From positions 1-36,094 of the forward strand of contig JBDRUH010000013.1 of the NCBI GenBank assembly GCA_039801225.1: 36,094 bases of DNA, read 5' to 3'. A program made the translations under genes and the position numbers. Every line of letters begins with the position of its first letter. Position 1 is the first letter of the stretch. The notes under the pieces were generated by a model, which saw only the letters and a list, made by a program, of their open reading frames with translations, was not told the DNA's origin and did no database searches. This stretch comes from a candidate division WOR-3 bacterium. Lineage in GTDB: Bacteria > Hydrothermota > Tepidihabitantia > Tepidihabitantales > Tepidihabitantaceae. Positions 34,104 to 36,094 of this stretch are shown here, piece by piece.

Positions 34104-34151
34104 GTAGAGGTGGGGCATGCCCCGGGCAGGGGAGACCTGCCAAGCCCTAGG
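34104..34151. repeat. GTAG-led double palindrome
   Basis: GTAG followed by GGGGCATGCCCC and GGCAGG-GGAGA-CCTGCC. Confidence 0.6.
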
Positions 34152-34188
34152 TTTATAATCACTCTTAAATTTATAACTTAACCCATAT

Positions 34189-34227
34189 TTGACAGGCATA
34201 TTGATATGTGTATAGTTGTGCACATAT
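34189..34227 (+). promoter_or_regulatory. arsR promoter with overlapping inverted-repeat operator
   Basis: TTGACA-16 nt-TATAGT; ATATGTGTA-N6-TGCACATAT (34204-34227) overlaps the -10 and the start codon. Confidence 0.7.
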
Positions 34228-34519
34228 GCACATAAAGACAATTGCCAGTCCGGAGATAATTTTTGCGGCTTTGGCGCATCCGGTGAGGCTGGAGATTGTG
34301 GCAATGCTTTCTCAGGGTGAGCGCTGTGTTTGTGAGATTGCGCCCGAACTTGACCGTGAGCGGTCGGTTGTCAGTCGGCATCTAATGATACTTGAACAGG
34401 CTGGGATACTATTGTCAAGGGAGGAGGGACGCCGGGTAATCTATAAAATTGCTGATGAAAGGGTGCTGGAACTCTTACGGATTTGTCTGGAAATGGTAAA
34501 AAAGCCCAAAAGAGTGTAA
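34226..34519 (+). CDS. ArsR/SmtB-family transcriptional repressor
   Basis: FAALAHPVRLEI, ERCVCEI, VSRHL, REEGRRVIY; start set at ATG 34226, downstream of the -10. Confidence 0.92.
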   Translation: MHIKTIASPEIIFAALAHPVRLEIVAMLSQGERCVCEIAPELDRERSVVSRHLMILEQAGILLSREEGRRVIYKIADERVLELLRICLEMVKKPKRV

Positions 34520-34531
34520 TTTGAGGCAATT

Positions 34532-35536
34532 ATGAATAAAAACTGGTATAAATGGTTGATTATTGTGGGTGTTGTTTTACTGGTGGTGGTTGTTCTTGTT
34601 GTCAAGCAGGGACGAAGGGAAAAGACAACCGCTCCTGAGCCGGTTGCGGTTTCTGAAACAATCAAACAGAAAAACCAAAGCCCATCAGTTGAAACAACAG
34701 CCATATCTGTGCCTGAATCGGTTCCACAGGACCAGGAAAAAGAGAAAAATGCTGAGGGCGATGTCCTTGCCCTTGTTAACGGCTTTGCCATCACCAAGGA
34801 CAATTTGAACAAAATGTTTAGCCTTTTGTCAGAACAGTATCAGAGTATGTATAAAAATGATATGGAGGGTCTCTTAGAACAGTTAATCACCCGCGAGTTG
34901 CTTTATCAGGAGGCGGAAAAGAAGGGGTTTACAAACAGTATAGGTGCAGAGACCGACCCGGAGCAAAAAAAGGATATGGCGATTGAACTGTTGATAAAGA
35001 ATTTGAGCGCAAAAATTGTCATCCCTGAGGAGGAAGTCAGGCAATTTTATGAGGAACGAAAGGCAGAGATGCGGGGAGCAAGTTATGAACAGGTGAAAAA
35101 TGACATCAAAAACTACTTAGCCGGGCAGAAGCAGGGTGAGGTGATTGCTGCCCATATTGAAAGCCTGAAGGCGCAGGCGCAAATAAGGCGTAATGAAAAA
35201 TGGCTCAGAGAACAGCGAGCCAAAAGACCGCCCGACCCGCTGGAAAAGGCTTTAAAGAGCGGCAAGCCCACGGTCCTTGATTTGGGGGCAGGGCATTGCG
35301 TTCCCTGCAAGATGATGAAACCAATATTTGAAGAGCTGCAAAAGGAGTACGGGGACCGGGCGAACATCATTCTGTTGGAGATTTCCGAGTACCGGCAGAT
35401 TGCCAACAAATACAATGTCAGAATCATTCCCACCCAGATTTTCTTTGACAAACAGGGCAATGTCTTCTGGCGCCACGAGGGCTTTCTCGCTAAGGAGGAG
35501 ATAGTCAAGAAACTGCAAGAGATGGGGATGGAATAA
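34532..35536 (+). CDS. Membrane-anchored SurA/PrsA-like chaperone domain fused to thioredoxin
   Basis: N-terminal TM; VLALVNGFAIT...LEQLITRELLYQEAEK...LKAQAQI; C-terminal DLGAGHCVPCKMM, IPTQIFFD. Confidence 0.8.
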   Translation: MNKNWYKWLIIVGVVLLVVVVLVVKQGRREKTTAPEPVAVSETIKQKNQSPSVETTAISVPESVPQDQEKEKNAEGDVLALVNGFAITKDNLNKMFSLLSEQYQSMYKNDMEGLLEQLITRELLYQEAEKKGFTNSIGAETDPEQKKDMAIELLIKNLSAKIVIPEEEVRQFYEERKAEMRGASYEQVKNDIKNYLAGQKQGEVIAAHIESLKAQAQIRRNEKWLREQRAKRPPDPLEKALKSGKPTVLDLGAGHCVPCKMMKPIFEELQKEYGDRANIILLEISEYRQIANKYNVRIIPTQIFFDKQGNVFWRHEGFLAKEEIVKKLQEMGME

Positions 35537-35538
35537 AA

Positions 35539-36093
35539 ATGCTGGGCTCGGTTTTGGAATGGCTTTCCGGTGCGGTCGGTTCATCACCGGCGCTGGCAAT
35601 TGCCGCCTCATTTCTCTGGGGTGTTCTGAGCATTCTCTTAAGCCCCTGCCATCTCACAAGCATTCCTCTGATTGTTGGCTTTATCAGCGGTCAGGAGACA
35701 ACCTCAACTAAAAGGGCTTTTGTCCTTGCCCTCCTCTTTTCCTCAGGAATCCTTGCCACGATTGGCATCATCGGACTCATAACCGCCCTTTTAGGCAGGA
35801 TGCTTGGTGATGTTGGACCTTATGGCAACTATCTCCTTGCCGCCATCTTTCTTGTCGTGGGTTTGTATCTCTTAGAGGTAATACCGCTCCCCTTTATCGG
35901 CACCCCCAAGGAGTCGGCATTCAGGCGCAAGGGTGCACTTGCTGCCCTTACTCTCGGTCTTCTTTTCGGGATTGCCCTTGGTCCCTGCACCTTTGCCTAT
36001 ATGGCGCCGATGCTTGGGGTTGTCTTTACCCTTGCCTCCACCCGGTTTCTCTACGGTGTGCTTTTGCTCTTAGTTTATGGCATCGGTCACTGC
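35539..36093 (+). CDS. ccdA: CcdA/DsbD-family thiol-disulfide transporter (partial, runs off window end)
   Basis: Reads MLGSVLEWL...GVLSILLSPCHL...GIALGPCTFAY...YGIGHC; two Pro-Cys motifs in TM helices; not in the ORF track. Confidence 0.88.
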   Translation, partial: MLGSVLEWLSGAVGSSPALAIAASFLWGVLSILLSPCHLTSIPLIVGFISGQETTSTKRAFVLALLFSSGILATIGIIGLITALLGRMLGDVGPYGNYLLAAIFLVVGLYLLEVIPLPFIGTPKESAFRRKGALAALTLGLLFGIALGPCTFAYMAPMLGVVFTLASTRFLYGVLLLLVYGIGHC

Positions 36094-36094
36094 T

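Overview
Bacterial genomic window with no rRNA, tRNA, CRISPR array or transposase that I could detect. Eight ORFs end in T9SS-like C-terminal sorting domains, which together with lptD suggests a diderm FCB-group organism, plausibly candidate division WOR-3 (inference). Contents in order: two secreted CTD proteins (1-1817); a tightly packed 8-gene minus-strand operon (2095-12616) encoding a phosphate-porin-like barrel, a double lamin-tail lipoprotein, a CotH-family kinase, two tandem arylsulfotransferase-like propellers, an SBBP propeller, a VTC/polyphosphate-polymerase-like TTM enzyme and a DUF4956-like membrane protein; folK-dNK-panB-panC; a cold-shock gene; lptD; a secreted unknown; a minus-strand run of orphan etfA, ferredoxin, Fe-S subunit, SdhA/NadB-like flavoprotein, degenerate acyl-CoA dehydrogenase, PBP1A and an endonuclease III-like gene; galE, asd, hicB-hicA, a secreted M1 aminopeptidase; and a thioredoxin/ArsR/chaperone-thioredoxin/CcdA cluster. 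The best candidate for an undescribed system is the 8-gene operon, which I read as a possible polyphosphate-powered extracytoplasmic phosphorylation machine. Also notable: short REP-like palindromes nested inside each other and inside coding frames, heptamer tandem repeats that build promoters and protein linkers, and a recurring promoter geometry (16-bp spacer in 8 of 9 candidates, start codon 5-9 nt after the -10 in 6). All family assignments come from motif recognition by eye, not database searches.
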